Origin: an uncultured bacterium
Lineage (GTDB): Bacteria > Krumholzibacteriota > Krumholzibacteriia > LZORAL124-64-63
Reading direction: 5' to 3'
Assembly (NCBI GenBank): GCA_963732385.1
Contig: CAVSZB010000004.1
Span: 128,001-192,000, forward strand
DNA: 64,000 bases
Each line of letters starts with the position of its first letter. The stretch's first letter is position 1. A model generated the notes under the pieces. The model had not been told where the DNA came from. It saw only the letters and a program-made list of their open reading frames with translations, and made no database searches. Positions 62,891 through 64,000 of this stretch are shown piece by piece. Both the position numbers and the translations under genes were made by a program.

Positions 62891-64000
62891 ATGGAGTGGA
62901 GCGTTGGCGTGGGGAAGGCGACCACTGTGGTGGCCGATCTGCTTGTGGTGGCGGTGCCGGAGGGGCGATCCGGGCCTGATTTCAGCGGGCTCGAGAGTCT
63001 CGACAGCGCATGCGACGGGGGGCTGGGCGCGCTGGCCGACGGTCGCGTCTTCGCCGGACGCAAGGAGACGAGCGCGGTGCTCCCGGGCCGGGGTTGCGCA
63101 GCGCCGTGGGTGCTGCTGGCAGGTCTTGGCCGTCCCGGAGATCTCACCCTCGAGCGCCTGCGGCGCTGCGCCGGCACGGCGGCCGCCCAGGCCCGCCGGC
63201 TGAAGGCGCGGCGCTGCGCGCTGCTTTTGCCGGACGACTCACTTGGCGGGTTCGATCCGCAGGCCGTGGCGCGCGCCTGGGTGGAGGGGACGGAGCTTGC
63301 CCTGGGCGCCGTGGAACGGCTGCGCGGCGTCCCCGCGGGCGGGCCGGGTGACCGGCGTCCTCGCACCGCCGACGACGAGGCCGACGCGGTCTTCCTCCCC
63401 GATGCCTGGCGACTCGTCGAGCCAGGGCGCCGGCGGATCGCCGCGCTGACGAGGGGGCTCGCGGAGGGGCAGGCCTATGCGGCGGGGTGCCTGTTCGCCC
63501 GTCGCCTGGTCAATCTGCCGCCGAATGTGCTTACCCCGTCGCGTCTGGCTGACGAGGCGCGCGGTTTAGCCCGCGTACAGGGGTATGACTGCCGGGTGCT
63601 CGGTCCGGCCGGGATCGCGAAGCTCGGCATGGGCGGCCTGCTCGGCGTGGCGCGGGGCAGTCGGCAGGAGCCCCGGCTCATTCTCCTCGGATCGCGGCCG
63701 GGGCCCGCCGGCGGCCGGCGCCGGCGCACGCCCCTGGTGGCTCTCGTTGGCAAGGGGCTCACCTTTGATTCGGGCGGCCTTTCCCTCAAGGCCGCGGCCC
63801 GCATGGAACAGATGAAGGACGACATGGGGGGCGCTGCCGCGGTGCTCGGGGCGGCGCTGATCGTGGCGCGCCTGAAGTTGCCGGTGCGGCTGCTCGTGGT
63901 GATCCCCGCGGCTGAGAACCTGCCCGGCGGCGATGCGCTGCGTCCCGGGGATGTCATCACCATGGCGTCCGGACGCACGGTCGAGGTCATGAACACCGAT
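62891..64000 (+). CDS. pepA: Leucyl aminopeptidase (M17), 3' truncated by the window
   Basis: Open frame from ATG 62891 to the window end (absent from the ORF track because there is no stop); LVGKGLTFDSGG.SLK, MKDDMGGAA, AEN.PGG.A.RPGDVI, TVEVMNTD. Confidence 0.93.
   Translation, partial: MEWSVGVGKATTVVADLLVVAVPEGRSGPDFSGLESLDSACDGGLGALADGRVFAGRKETSAVLPGRGCAAPWVLLAGLGRPGDLTLERLRRCAGTAAAQARRLKARRCALLLPDDSLGGFDPQAVARAWVEGTELALGAVERLRGVPAGGPGDRRPRTADDEADAVFLPDAWRLVEPGRRRIAALTRGLAEGQAYAAGCLFARRLVNLPPNVLTPSRLADEARGLARVQGYDCRVLGPAGIAKLGMGGLLGVARGSRQEPRLILLGSRPGPAGGRRRRTPLVALVGKGLTFDSGGLSLKAAARMEQMKDDMGGAAAVLGAALIVARLKLPVRLLVVIPAAENLPGGDALRPGDVITMASGRTVEVMNTD

Overview
A very GC-rich, densely coded core-genome segment from a diderm bacterium. 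The SprA homolog, FlgD-type and SWGxxK-type C-termini and the kds-lpt-rpoN-PTS gene order suggest a non-Bacteroidota FCB-group lineage such as Krumholzibacteriota/Latescibacterota/Eisenbacteria (inference). In order: a sigma54 activator (5' truncated); a secreted PA-domain Zn peptidase with a small secreted partner; lnt-nudix-purN; nfnAB; folE; trxB; rplU-rpmA; an ~18 kb run kdsB-pyrG-kdsA-kdsC-kdsD-acyltransferase-lptC-lptB-rpoN-hpf-hprK-mannose-type PTS-ptsH-ptsI-PGI/PMI-nucleotidyltransferase-metK; a PKD lipoprotein; lptFG divergent from a 2206-aa SprA homolog and a glutaminyl-cyclase-like M28 enzyme; rimP-nusA-L7Ae-infB-(rbfA::DHH fusion)-truB-ribF; an octaheme lipoprotein coupled to a Gfo/Idh/MocA oxidoreductase; a lamin-tail protein; a meaB/B12-domain/acyl-CoA cluster; DUF2752/YIP1 genes; and pepA (3' truncated). 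I saw no rRNA, tRNA, CRISPR array or mobile element. Best leads: (1) a T9SS-like export system (SprA, QC-like enzyme, two kinds of candidate C-terminal sorting signal); (2) a candidate sigma54-driven structured small RNA between nfnA and folE; (3) an RbfA-NrnA fusion; (4) a sigma54 site overlapping a sigma70 promoter upstream of the rpoN sub-operon. All assignments come from motif reading by eye, with no database searches. Start codons are best estimates.
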